Positions 13,601 to 29,000 of a DNA stretch of 64,000 nucleotides are shown piece by piece. Below the pieces are notes generated by a model. It did no database searches, was not told where the DNA came from, and saw only the letters and a list, made by a program, of their open reading frames with translations. A program made the translations under genes and the position numbers. The DNA is from Eledone cirrhosa (Eukaryota): contig OZ024741.1 of the NCBI GenBank assembly GCA_964016885.1, positions 410,378,001 through 410,442,000 of the forward strand, in the 5' to 3' direction. Each line of letters starts with the position of its first letter. Position 1 is the stretch's first letter.

Positions 13601-16600
13601 AAGACACTGTCTATGTTGTTTAACACTTTCATTACCATATTTCTAATGTAAGACACCGTCTATATTGTTTAACCCTTTCATGACCATAATTCTAATGAAA
13701 GACACTGTCTATGTCTTTAAAGCTTCCATTACCATATTTTTAATCTAAGACACTGTCTATGTTTTTTAACTCTTCCTTTACCATACTTCTAATGTAAGAC
13801 ACTGTCTATGTTGTTTAACCCTTCCATTACCATGTTTCTAATGAAAGACATTGTCAATCTTGTTTAACCATTTCATTACCATATTTCTCATGACTCTGTC
13901 TATGTTGTTTAATCCTTCCATTACCATATTTCTAATGTAAGACACTGTCTATGTTGTTTAACCCTTTCATTACCATATTTCTAATGAAAGACACTGTCTA
14001 TGTTGTTTAACCCTTTCATTAACATATTTTCTATGTAAACACTGTCTATGTTGTTTAACCCTTTCATTACCATATTTCTAATGTAAGAGACTGTCTATGT
14101 TGTTTAACCCTTTCATTACCATATTTCTCATGACTCTGTCTATGTTGGTTAACCCTTTCATTACCATATTTCTAATGTAAGACACTGTCTATGTAGTTTA
14201 AACCCTATTACTACCATATTTCTAATGTAAGACTCTGTCTATGTTGTTTAACCCTTCCATTACCATATTTCTAATGTAAGACACTGTCTATGTTGTTTAA
14301 CACTTTCATTACCATATTTCTAATGTAAGACACCGTCTATATTGTTTAACCCTTTCATTACTATATTTCTAATGTAAGACACTGTCTATGTTGTTTAACC
14401 CTTTCATTACCATATTTCTAATGTAAGATACTGTCTATGTTGTTTAACCCTTCATTACCATATTTTCTATGTAAACACTGTCAATGTTGTTTAACCCTTT
14501 CATTACCATATTTCTAATGAAAGACATTGTCTATCTTGTTTAACCCTTTCATTACCATATTTCTCATGACTCTGTCTATGTTTTTTAACCCTTTCATCAC
14601 CACATTTATAATGTAAGACACTGTCTATGTTATTTAAACCTTTCACTACCATATTTCTAATGTAAGACAGTGTCTATGTTGTTTAACCCTTTCATTACCA
14701 TATTTCTAATGAAAGACACTGTCTATGTTGTTTAACCCTTCCATTACCACTATTCTAATGTAAGAAACTGTCTATGTTGTTTAACCCTTTCATTACCATA
14801 TTTCTCATGACTCTGTCTATGTTGTTAAACCCTTCCATTACCATATTTCTAATGTAAGACACTGTCTATGTTGTTTAACCCTTTCATTACCATATTTCTA
14901 ATGTAAGACACTGTCTATGTTGTTTAACCCTTCCATTACCATATTTCTAATGTAAGACACCGTCTATATTTTTTAACCCTTTCATTACCATATTTCTAAT
15001 GTAAGACACTGTCTATGTTGTTCAACCCTTTCATTATCATATTTCTAATGTAAGATACTGTCTATGTTGTTTAAACCTTCATTACCATATTTTCTATGTA
15101 AACACTGTCTATGTTGTTTAACCCTTTCATTACCATATTTCTAATGTAAGAGACTGTCTATGTTGTTTAACTCTTCCTTTACCATACTTCTAATGTAAGA
15201 CACTGTCTATGTTGATTAACCCTTCCATTACCATGTTTCTAATGAAAGACATTGTCTATCTTGTTTAACCATTTCATTACCATATTTCTCATGACTCTGT
15301 CTATGTTGTTTAACCCTTCCATTACCATATTTCTAATGTAAGACACTGTCTATGTTGTTTAACCCTTTCATTACCATAATTCTAATGAAAGACACTGTCT
15401 ATGTCTTTAACCCTTCCATTACCATATTTTTAATCTAAGACACTGTCTATGTTTTTTAACTCTTCCTTTACCATACTTCTAATGTAAGACACTGTCTATG
15501 TTGTTTAACCCTTCCATTACCATATTTCTAATGAAAGACATTGTCTATCTTGTTTAACCCCTTCACTACCATATTTCTAATGTAAGACACTGTCTATGTT
15601 GTTTAACCCTTTCATTACCATATTTCTAATGTAAGACTCTGTCTATGTTGTTTAACCCTTTCATTACCATATTTCTAACGTAAGACACTGTCTATGTTGT
15701 TTAACCCTTTCATTACCATATTTCTAATGTAAGACTCTGTCTATGTTGTTTAACACTTCCATTACCGTATTTCTAATGCACGACACTGTCTATATTGTTT
15801 AACCCTTTCATTACCATATTTCTAATGTAAGACACTGTCTATGTTGTTTAACCCTTTCATTACCATATTTCTAATGTAAGATACTGTCTATGTTGTTTAA
15901 CACCTTCATTACCATATTTTCTATGTAAGACACTGTCTATGTTGTTTAATCCTTTCACTACCATATTTCTAATGTAAGAGACTGTCTATGTTGTTTAACC
16001 CTTTCATTACCATATTTCTAATGTAAGACACTGTCTATGTTGTTTAACCCTTTCATTACCATATTTCTAATGTAAGACACTGTCTATATTGTTTAACCCT
16101 TTCACTACCATATTTCTAATGTAAGACACTGTCTATGTTGTTTAACCCTTTCATTACCATATTTCTAATGTAAGACTCTGTCTATGTTGTTTAACCCTTT
16201 CATTACCATATTTCTAACGTAAGACACTGTCTATGTTGTTTAACCCTTTCATTACCATATTTCTAATGTAAGACTCTGTCTATGTTGTTTAACCCTTCCA
16301 TTACCATATTTCTAATGTAAGACACTGTCTATGTTGTTTAACCCTTTCATTACCATATTTCTAATGTAAGATACCGTCTATATTGTTTAACCCTTTCATT
16401 ACCATATTTCTAATGTAAGACACTCTCTATGTTGTTTAACCCTTTCATTACCATATTTCTAGTGTAAGATACTGTCTATGTTGTTTAACCCTTCATTACC
16501 ATATTTTCTATGTAAACACTGTCTATGTTGTTTAACCCTTTCATTACCATATTTCTAATGTAAGAGACTGTCTATGTTGTTTAACCCTTTCATTACCATA

Positions 16601-19600
16601 ATTCTAATGAAAGACACTGTCTATGTCTTTAACCCTTCCATTACCATATTTTTAATCTAAGACACTGTCTATGTTTTTTAACTCTTCCTTTACCATACTT
16701 CTAATGTAAGACACTGTCTATGTTGTTTAACCCTTCCATTACCATGTTTCTAATGAAAGACATTGTCTATCTTGTTTAACCCTTTCATTACCATATTTCT
16801 CATGACTCTGTCTATGTTGTTTAAACCGTTCATCACCACATTTATAATGTAAGACACTGTCTATGTTATTTAACCCTTTCACTACCATATTTTTAATGTA
16901 AGACAGTGTCTATGTTGTTTAACCCTTTCATTACCATATTTCTAATGAAAGACACTGTCTATGTTGTTTAACCCTTCCATTACCATATTTCTAATGAAAG
17001 ACATTGTCTATCTTGTTTAACCCTTTCATTACCATATTTCTCATGACTCTGTCTATGTTGTTTAACCCTTCCGTTACCATATTTCTAATGTAAGACACTG
17101 TCTATGTTGTTTAACCCTTTCATTACCATATTTCTAATGTAAGACACTGTCTATGTTGTTTAACATTCCATTACCATATTTTTTATGTAAGACACTGTCT
17201 ATGTTGTTTAACACTTCCATTACCATATTTCTTATGTAAGACACTGTCTATGTTGTTTAACCCTTCCATTACCATATTTCTAATGAAAGACACTGTCTAT
17301 GTTGTTTAACTCTTTCATTGCGATATTTGTAATGTAAGACACTGTCTATGTTGTTTAACCCTTTCATTACCATATTTCTAATGTAAGACACTGTCTATGT
17401 TGTTTAACCTTTTTCACTACCATCTTTAATACTTTCATTACCATATTTCTTATGTAAGACACTCTCTATGTTGTTTAACCCTTTCATTACCTTAATTATA
17501 ATGTAAGACACCGTCTATGTTGTTTAACCTTTTCACTACCATCTTTAACACTTTCATTACCATATTTCTTATGTAAGACACTCTCTATGTTGTTTAACCC
17601 TTTCATTACCATATTTCTAATGTTACACCTTGTCTATGTTGTTTAACCCTTTCATTACCTTATTTATAATGTAAGACACCGTCTATGTTGTTTAACCTTT
17701 TCACTACCATCTTTAACACTTTCATTACCATATTTCTTATGTAAGACACTGTCTATGTTGTTTAATCCTTTCATTACCATATTTCTAATGTAAGACACTG
17801 TCTATGTTGTTTAACCCTTTCATTACCATATTTCTAATGTAAGACTCTGTCTATGTTGTTTAACCCTTTCATTACCGTATTTCTAATGAAAGACACTGTC
17901 TATGTTGTTTAACCCTTTCATTACCATATTTCTAATGTAAGACTCTGTCTATGTTGTTTAACCCTTCCATTACCATATTTCTAATGTAAGACACTGTCTA
18001 TGTTGTTTAACCCTTTCATTACCATATTTCTAATGAAAGACACTGCTATGTTGTTTAACCCTTCCATTACTATATTTCTAATGTAAGACACTGTCTATGT
18101 TCTTTAACCCTTTCATTACCATATTTCTAATGAAAGACACTGTCTATGTTGTTTAACCCTTCCATTACCATATTTCTAATGAAAGACATTGTCTATCTTG
18201 TTTAACCCTTTCATTACCATATTTCTCATGACTCTGTCTATGTTGTTTAACCCTTTCATTACCAAATTTCTAATGAAAGACACTGTCTATGTCTTTAACC
18301 CTTCCATTACCATATTTTTAATCTAAGACACTGTCTATGTTTTTTAACCCTTCCATTACCATACCTCTAATGTAAAACACTGTCTATGTTGTTTGACCCT
18401 TCCATTACCATATTTCTAATGAAAGACATTGTCTATCTTGTTTAACCTTTTCATTACCATATTTCTCATGACTCTGTCTATGTTGTTTAACCCTTTCATT
18501 ACCATATTTATAATGTAAGACACTGTCTATGTTGTTTAACCCTTTCACTACCATATTTCTAATGTAAGACCGTGTCTATGTTGTTTAACCCTTTCATTAC
18601 CATATTTCTAATGAAAGACACTGTCTATGTTGTTTAACCCTTCCATTACCACATTTCTAATGTAAGAAACTGTCTATGTCGTTTAACCCTTCCATTACCA
18701 CATTTCTAATGTAAGAAATTGTCTATGTTGTTTAACCTTTTCATTACCATATTTCTAATGAAAGACATTGTCTATCTTGTTTAACCCTTTCATTACCATA
18801 TTTCTCATGACTCTGTCTATGTTGGTTAACCCTTTCATTACCATATTTCTAATGTAAGACACTGTCTATGTTGTTTAACCCTTTCATTACCATATTTCTA
18901 ATGAAAGACACTGTCTATGTTGTTTAACCCTTCCATTACCATATTTCTAATGAAAGACATTGTCTATCTTGTTTAACCCTTTCATTACCATATTTCTCAT
19001 GACTCTGTCTATGTTGGTTAACCCTTTCATTACCATATTTCTAATGTAAGACACTGTCTATGTAGTTTAAACCCTATTACTACCATATTTCTAATGTAAG
19101 ACACTGTCTATGTTGTATAACCCTTTCTCTACCATATTTCTAATATAAGAGACTGTCTATGTTGTTTAACCCTTTCATTACCATATTTCTAATGTAAGAC
19201 ACTGTCTATGTTGTTTAACAGTTTCATTACCATATTTCTTATGTAAGACTCTGTCTATGTTGTTTAACCCTTCCATTACCATATTTCTAATGTAAGACAC
19301 TGTCTATGTTGTTTAACCCTTTCATTGCCATATTTCTAATGTAAGACACTGTCTATGTTGTTTAACCCTTCCATTACCATATTTCTGATGTAAGACAGTG
19401 TCTATGTTGTTTAACCCTTCCATTACCATATTTCTAATGTAAGACACTGTCTATATTGTTTAACCCTTTCATTACCATATTTCTAATGAAAGACACTGTC
19501 TAAGTTGTTTAACCCTTTCATTACCATATTTCTAATGAAAGACACTGTCTATGTTGTTTAACCCTTTCATTACCATATTTTCTATGTAAACACTGTCTAT

Positions 19601-21394
19601 GTTGTTTAACCCTTTCATTACCATATTTCTAATGTAAGAGACTGTCTATGTTGTTTAACCCTTTCATTACCATATTTCTAATGTAAGAGACTCTCTATCT
19701 TGTTTAACCCTTTCATTACCAAATTTCTAATGAAAGACACTGTCTATGTCTTTAACCCTTCCATTACCATATTTTTAATCTAAGACACTGTCTATGTTTT
19801 TTAACCCTTCCATTACCATACTTCTAATGTAAGACACTGTCTATGTTGTTTGACCCTTCCATTACCATATTTCTAATGAAAGACATTGTCTATCTTGTTT
19901 ACCCTTTTCATTACCATATTTCTCATGACTCTGTCTATGTTGTTTAACCATTCCATTACCACATTTCTAATGTAAGAAACTGTCTATGTTGTTTAACCCT
20001 TTCATTACCATATTTCTAATGAAAGACACTGTCTATGTTGTTTAACCCTTCCATTACCATATTTCTAATGAAAGACATTGTCTATCTTGTTTAACCCTTT
20101 CATTACCATATTTCTCATGACTCTGTCTATGTTGGTTAACCCTTTCATTACCATATTTCTAATGTAAGACACTGTCTATGTAGTTTAAACCCTATTACTA
20201 CCATATTTCTAATGTAAGACACTGTCTATGTTGTATAACCCTTTCTCTACCATATTTCTAATATAAGAGACTGTCTATGTTGTTTAACCCTTCCATTACC
20301 ATATTTCTAATGTAAGACACTGTCTATGTTGTTTAACCCTTTCATTACCATATTTCTAATGTAAGACACTGTCTATGTTGTTTAACCCTTCCATTACCAT
20401 ATTTCTTATGTAAGACACTGTCTATGTTGTTTAACCCTTCCATTACCACATTTCTAATGTAAGACACTGTCTATGTTGTTTAACACTTTCATTACCATAT
20501 TTCTAATGTAAGACACCGTCTATATTGTTTAACCCTTTCATGACCATAATTCTAATGAAAGACACTGTCTATGTCTTTAACCCTTCCATTACCATATTTT
20601 TAATCTAAGACACTGTCTATGTTTTTTAACTCTTCCTTTACCATACTTCTAATGTAAGACACTGTCTATGTTGTTTAACCCTTCCATTACCATGTTTCTA
20701 ATGAAAGACATTGTCAATCTTGTTTAACCATTTCATTACCATATTTCTCATGACTCTGTCTATGTTGTTTAATCCTTCCATTACCATATTTCTAATGTAA
20801 GACACTGTCTATGTTGTTTAACCCTTTCATTACCATATTTCTAATGAAAGACACTGTCTATGTTGTTTAACCCTTTCATTAACATATTTTCTATGTAAAC
20901 ACTGTCTATGTTGTTTAACCCTTTCATTACCATATTTCTAATGTAAGAGACTGTCTATGTTGTTTAACCCTTTCATTACCATATTTCTCATGACTCTGTC
21001 TATGTTGGTTAACCCTTTCATTACCATATTTCTAATGTAAGACACTGTCTATGTAGTTTAAACCCTATTACTACCATATTTCTAATGTAAGACTCTGTCT
21101 ATGTTGTTTAACCCTTCCATTACCATATTTCTAATGTAAGACACTGTCTATGTTGTTTAACACTTTCATTACCATATTTCTAATGTAAGACACCGTCTAT
21201 ATTGTTTAACCCTTTCATTACTATATTTCTAATGTAAGACACTGTCTATGTTGTTTAACCCTTTCATTACCATATTTCTAATGTAAGATACTGTCTATGT
21301 TGTTTAACCCTTCATTACCATATTTTCTATGTAAACACTGTCAATGTTGTTTAACCCTTTCATTACCATATTTCTAATGAAAGACATTGTCTAT
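7660..21394. repeat. ~6.86-kb tandem segmental duplication inside the 49-bp array
   Basis: Rare variants pair at offset 6860-6862: CAACCCTTTCATTATC 8161/15023; GTTGTTTAACTCTTTCATTGCGAT 10441/17301; 1-bp deletion CACTGCTATG 11181/18041. Confidence 0.9.
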
Positions 21395-24300
21395 GTCTTT
21401 AACCCTTCCATTACCATATTTTTAATCTAAGACACTGTCTATGTTGTTTAACCCTTTCATTACCATATTTCTAATGAAAGACACTGTCTATGTTGTTTAA
21501 CCCTTCCATTACCATATTTCTAATGAAAGACATTGTCTATCTTGTTTAACCCTTTCATTACCATATTTCTCATGACTCTGTCTATGTTGGTTAACCCTTT
21601 CATTACCATATTTCTAATGTAAGACACTGTCTATGTAGTTTAAACCCTATTACTACCATATTTCTAATGTAAGACACTGTCTATGTTGTATAACCCTTTC
21701 TCTACCATATTTCTAATATAAGAGACTGTCTATGTTGTTTAACCCTTCCATTACCATATTTCTAATGTAAGACACTGTCTATGTTGTTTAACCCTTTCAT
21801 TACCATATTTCTAATGTAAGACACTGTCTATGTTGTTTAACACTTTCATTACCATATTTCTAATGTAAGAGACTGTCTATGTTGTTTAACCCTTTCATTA
21901 CCATATTTCTAATGTAAGACACTGTCTATGTTGTTTAACAGTTTCATTACCATATTTCTTATGTAAGACTCTGTCTATGTTGTTTAACACTTCCATTACC
22001 ATATTTCTAATGTAAGACACTGTCTATGTTGTTTAACCCTTTCATTGCCATATTTCTAATGTAAGACACTGTCTATGTTGTTTAACCCTTCCATTACCAT
22101 ATTTCTGATGTAAGACAGTGTCTATGTTGTTTAACCCTTCCATTACCATATTTCTAATGTAAGACACTGTCTATATTGTTTAACCCTTTCATTACCATAT
22201 TTCTAATGAAAGACACTGTCTAAGTTGTTTAACCCTTTCATTACCATATTTCTAATGAAAGACACTGTCTATGTTGTTTAACCCTTTCATTACCATATTT
22301 TCTATGTAAACACTGTCTATGTTGTTTAACCCTTTCATTACCATATTTCTAATGTAAGAGACTGTCTATGTTGTTTAACCCTTTCATTACCATATTTCTA
22401 ATGTAAGAGACTCTCTATCTTGTTTAACCCTTTCATTACCAAATTTCTAATGAAAGACACTGTCTATGTCTTTAACCCTTCCATTACCATATTTTTAATC
22501 TAAGACACTGTCTATGTTTTTTAACCCTTCCATTACCATACTTCTAATGTAAGACACTGTCTATGTTGTTTGACCCTTCCATTACCATATTTCTAATGAA
22601 AGACATTGTCTATCTTGTTTACCCTTTTCATTACCATATTTCTCATGACTCTGTCTATGTTGTTTAACCATTCCATTACCACATTTCTAATGTAAGAAAC
22701 TGTCTATGTTGTTTAACCCTTTCATTACCATATTTCTAATGAAAGACACTGTCTATGTTGTTTAACCCTTCCATTACCATATTTCTAATGAAAGACATTG
22801 TCTATCTTGTTTAACCCTTTCATTACCATATTTCTCATGACTCTGTCTATGTTGGTTAACCCTTTCATTACCATATTTCTAATGTAAGACACTGTCTATG
22901 TAGTTTAAACCCTATTACTACCATATTTCTAATGTAAGACACTGTCTATGTTGTATAACCCTTTCTCTACCATATTTCTAATATAAGAGACTGTCTATGT
23001 TGTTTAACCCTTCCATTACCATATTTCTAATGTAAGACACTGTCTATGTTGTTTAACCCTTTCATTACCATATTTCTAATGTAAGACACTGTCTATGTTG
23101 TTTAACCCTTCCATTACCATATTTCTTATGTAAGACACTGTCTATGTTGTTTAACCCTTCCATTACCACATTTCTAATGTAAGACACTGTCTATGTTGTT
23201 TAACACTTTCATTACCATATTTCTAATGTAAGACACCGTCTATATTGTTTAACCCTTTCATGACCATAATTCTAATGAAAGACACTGTCTATGTCTTTAA
23301 CCCTTCCATTACCATATTTTTAATCTAAGACACTGTCTATGTTTTTTAACTCTTCCTTTACCATACTTCTAATGTAAGACACTGTCTATGTTGTTTAACC
23401 CTTCCATTACCATGTTTCTAATGAAAGACATTGTCTATCTTGTTTAACCATTTCATTACCATATTTCTCATGACTCTGTCTATGTTGTTTAACCCTTCCA
23501 TTACCATATTTCTAATGTAAGACACTGTCTATGTTGTTTAACCCTTTCATTACCATATTTCTAATGAAAGACACTGTCTATGTTGTTTAACCCTTTCATT
23601 AACATATTTTCTATGTAAACACTGTCTATGTTGTTTAACCCTTTCATTACCATATTTCTAATGTAAGAGACTGTCTATGTTGTTTAACCCTTTCATTACC
23701 ATATTTCTCATGACTCTGTCTATGTTGGTTAACCCTTTCATTACCATATTTCTAATGTAAGACACTGTCTATGTAGTTTAAACCCTATTACTACCATATT
23801 TCTAATGTAAGACTCTGTCTATGTTGTTTAACCCTTCCATTACCATATTTCTAATGTAAGACACTGTCTATGTTGTTTAACACTTTCATTACCATATTTC
23901 TAATGTAAGACACCGTCTATATTGTTTAACCCTTTCATTACTATATTTCTAATGTAAGACACTGTCTATGTTGTTTAACCCTTTCATTACCATATTTCTA
24001 ATGTAAGATACTGTCTATGTTGTTTAACCCTTCATTACCATATTTTCTATGTAAACACTGTCAATGTTGTTTAACCCTTTCATTACCATATTTCTAATGA
24101 AAGACACTGTCTATGTCTTTAACCCTTCCATTACCATATTTTTAATCTAAGACACTGTCTATGTTTTTTAACCCTTCCATTACCATACCTCTAATGTAAA
24201 ACACTGTCTATGTTGTTTGACCCTTCCATTACCATATTTCTAATGAAAGACATTGTCTATCTTGTTTAACCTTTTCATTACCATATTTCTCATGACTCTG

Positions 24301-26089
24301 TCTATGTTGTTTAACCCTTTCATTACCATATTTATAATGTAAGACACTGTCTATGTTGTTTAACCCTTTCACTACCATATTTCTAATGTAAGACCGTGTC
24401 TATGTTGTTTAACCCTTTCATTACCATATTTCTAATGAAAGACACTGTCTATGTTGTTTAACCCTTCCATTACCACATTTCTAATGTAAGAAACTGTCTA
24501 TGTCGTTTAACCCTTCCATTACCACATTTCTAATGTAAGAAATTGTCTATGTTGTTTAACCTTTTCATTACCATATTTCTAATGAAAGACATTGTCTATC
24601 TTGTTTAACCCTTTCATTACCATATTTCTCATGACTCTGTCTATGTTGGTTAACCCTTTCATTACCATATTTCTAATGTAAGACACTGTCTATGTTGTTT
24701 AACCCTTTCATTACCATATTTCTAATGAAAGACACTGTCTATGTTGTTTAACCCTTCCATTACCATATTTCTAATGAAAGACATTGTCTATCTTGTTTAA
24801 CCCTTTCATTACCATATTTCTCATGACTCTGTCTATGTTGGTTAACCCTTTCATTACCATATTTCTAATGTAAGACACTGTCTATGTAGTTTAAACCCTA
24901 TTACTACCATATTTCTAATGTAAGACACTGTCTATGTTGTATAACCCTTTCTCTACCATATTTCTAATATAAGAGACTGTCTATGTTGTTTAACCCTTCC
25001 ATTACCATATTTCTAATGTAAGACACTGTCTATGTTGTTTAACCCTTTCATTACCATATTTCTAATGTAAGACACTGTCTATGTTGTTTAACACTTTCAT
25101 TACCATATTTCTAATGTAAGAGACTGTCTATGTTGTTTAACCCTTTCATTACCATATTTCTAATGTAAGACACTGTCTATGTTGTTTAACAGTTTCATTA
25201 CCATATTTCTTATGTAAGACTCTGTCTATGTTGTTTAACCCTTCCATTACCATATTTCTAATGTAAGACACTGTCTATGTTGTTTAACCCTTTCATTGCC
25301 ATATTTCTAATGTAAGACACTGTCTATGTTGTTTAACCCTTCCATTACCATATTTCTGATGTAAGACAGTGTCTATGTTGTTTAACCCTTCCATTACCAT
25401 ATTTCTAATGTAAGACACTGTCTATATTGTTTAACCCTTTCATTACCATATTTCTAATGAAAGACACTGTCTAAGTTGTTTAACCCTTTCATTACCATAT
25501 TTCTAATGAAAGACACTGTCTATGTTGTTTAACCCTTTCATTACCATATTTTCTATGTAAACACTGTCTATGTTGTTTAACCCTTTCATTACCATATTTC
25601 TAATGTAAGAGACTGTCTATGTTGTTTAACCCTTTCATTACCATATTTCTAATGTAAGAGACTCTCTATCTTGTTTAACCCTTTCATTACCAAATTTCTA
25701 ATGAAAGACACTGTCTATGTCTTTAACCCTTCCATTACCATATTTTTAATCTAAGACACTGTCTATGTTTTTTAACCCTTCCATTACCATACTTCTAATG
25801 TAAGACACTGTCTATGTTGTTTGACCCTTCCATTACCATATTTCTAATGAAAGACATTGTCTATCTTGTTTACCCTTTTCATTACCATATTTCTCATGAC
25901 TCTGTCTATGTTGTTTAACCATTCCATTACCACATTTCTAATGTAAGAAACTGTCTATGTTGTTTAACCCTTTCATTACCATATTTCTAATGAAAGACAC
26001 TGTCTATGTTGTTTAACCCTTCCATTACCATATTTCTAATGAAAGACATTGTCTATCTTGTTTAACCCTTTCATTACCATATTTCTCAT

Positions 26090-29000
26090 GACTCTGTCTA
26101 TGTTGGTTAACCCTTTCATTACCATATTTCTAATGTAAGACACTGTCTATGTAGTTTAAACCCTATTACTACCATATTTCTAATGTAAGACACTGTCTAT
26201 GTTGTATAACCCTTTCTCTACCATATTTCTAATATAAGAGATTGTCTATGTTGTTTAACCCTTCCATTACCATATTTCTAATGTAGGACACTGTCTATGT
26301 TGTTTAACCCTTTCATTACCATATTTCTAATGTAAGACACTGTCTATGTTGTTTAACCCTTCCATTACCATATTTCTTATGTAAGACACTGTCTATGTTG
26401 TTTAACCCTTCCATTACCACATTTCTAATGTAAGACACTGTCTATGTTGTTTAACACTTTCATTACCATATTTCTAATGTAAGACACCGTCTATATTGTT
26501 TAACCCTTTCATGACCATAATTCTAATGAAAGACACTGTCTATGTCTTTAACCCTTCCATTACCATATTTTTAATCTAAGACACTGTCTATGTTTTTTAA
26601 CTCTTCCTTTACCATACTTCTAATGTAAGACACTGTCTATGTTGTTTAACCCTTCCATTACCATGTTTCTAATGAAAGACATTGTCTATCTTGTTTAACC
26701 ATTTCATTACCATATTTCTCATGACTCTGTCTATGTTGTTTAACCCTTCCATTACCATATTTCTAATGTAAGACACTGTCTATGTTGTTTAACCCTTTCA
26801 TTACCATATTTCTAATGAAAGACACTGTCTATGTTGTTTAACCCTTTCATTAACATATTTTCTATGTAAACACTGTCTATGTTGTTTAACCCTTTCATTA
26901 CCATATTTCTAATGTAAGAGACTGTCTATGTTGTTTAACCCTTTCATTACCATATTTCTCATGACTCTGTCTATGTTGGTTAACCCTTTCATTACCATAT
27001 TTCTAATGTAAGACACTGTCTATGTAGTTTAAACCCTATTACTACCATATTTCTAATGTAAGACTCTGTCTATGTTGTTTAACCCTTCCATTACCATATT
27101 TCTAATGTAAGACACTGTCTATGTTGTTTAACACTTTCATTACCATATTTCTAATGTAAGACACCGTCTATATTGTTTAACCCTTTCATTACTATATTTC
27201 TAATGTAAGACACTGTCTATGTTGTTTAACCCTTTCATTACCATATTTCTAATGTAAGATACTGTCTATGTTGTTTAACCCTTCATTACCATATTTTCTA
27301 TGTAAACACTGTCAATGTTGTTTAACCCTTTCATTACCATATTTCTAATGTAAGAGACTGTCTATGTTGTTTAACCCTTTCATGACCATAATTCTAATGA
27401 AAGACACTGTCTATGTCTTTAACCCTTCCATTACCATATTTTTAATCTAAGACACTGTCTATGTTTTTTAACTCTTCCTTTACCATACTTCTAATGTAAG
27501 ACACTGTCTATGTTGTTTAACCCTTCCATTACCATGTTTATAATGAAAGACATTGTCTATCTTGTTTAACCATTTCATTACCATATTTCTCATGACTCTG
27601 TCTATGTTGTTTAACCCTTCCATTACCATATTTCTAATGTAAGACACTGTCTATGTTGTTTAACCCTTTCATTACCATATTTCTAATGAAAGACACTGTC
27701 TATGTTGTTTAACCCTTTCATTACCATATTTTCTATGTAAACACTGTCTATGTTGTTTAACCCTTTCATTACCATATTTCTAATGTAAGGGACTGTCTAT
27801 GTTGTTTAACCCTTTCATTACCATAATTCTAATGAAAGACACTGTCTATGTCTTTAACCCTTCCATTACCATATTTTTAATCTAAGACACTGTCTATGTT
27901 TTTTAACTCTTCCTTTACCATACTTCTAATGTAAGACACTGTCTATGTTGTTTAACCCTTCCATTACCATATTTCTAATGAAAGACATTGTCTATCTTGT
28001 TTAACCCTTTCATTACCATATTTCTCATGACTCTGTCTATGTTTTTTAACCCTTTCATCTCCACATTTATAATGTAAGACACTGTCTATGTTATTTAAAT
28101 CTTTCACTACCATATTTCTAATGTAAGACAGTGTCTATGTTGTTTAACCCTTTCATTACCATATTTCTAATGAAAGACACTGTCTATGTTGTTTAACCCT
28201 TCCATTACCACTATTCTAATGTAAGAAACTGTCTATGTTGTTTAACCCTTTCATTACCATATTTCTCATGACTCTGTCTATGTTGTTTAACCCTTCCATT
28301 ACCATATTTCTAATGTAAGACACTGTCTATGTTGTTTAACCCTTTCATTACCATATTTCTAATGTAAGACACTGTCTATGTTGTTTAACCCTTTCATTAC
28401 CATATTTCTAATGTAAGACTCTGTCTATGTTGTTTAACCCTTTCATTACCATATTTCTAACGTAAGACACTGTCTATGTTGTTTAACCCTTTCATTACCA
28501 TATTTCTAATGTAAGACTCTGTCTATGTTGTTTAACCCTTCCATTACCATATTTCTAATGTAAGACACTGTCTATGTTGTTTAACGCTTTCATTACCATG
28601 TTTCTAATGTAAGACACCGTCTATATTGTTTAACCCTTTCATTACTATATTTCTAATGTAAGACACTGTCTATGTTGTTTAACCCTTTCATTACCATATT
28701 TCTAATGTAAGATACTGTCTATGTTGTTTAACCCTTCATTACCATATTTTCTATGTAAACACTGTCAATGTTGTTTAACCCTTTCATTACCATATTTCTA
28801 ATGTAAGAGACTGTCTATGTTGTTTAACCCTTTCATGACCATAATTCTAATGAAAGACACTGTCTATGTCTTTAACCCTTCCATTACCATATTTTTAATC
28901 TAAGACACTGTCTATGTTTTTTAACTCTTCCTTTACCATACTTCTAATGTAAGACACTGTCTATGTTGTTTAACCCTTCCATTACCATGTTTCTAATGAA

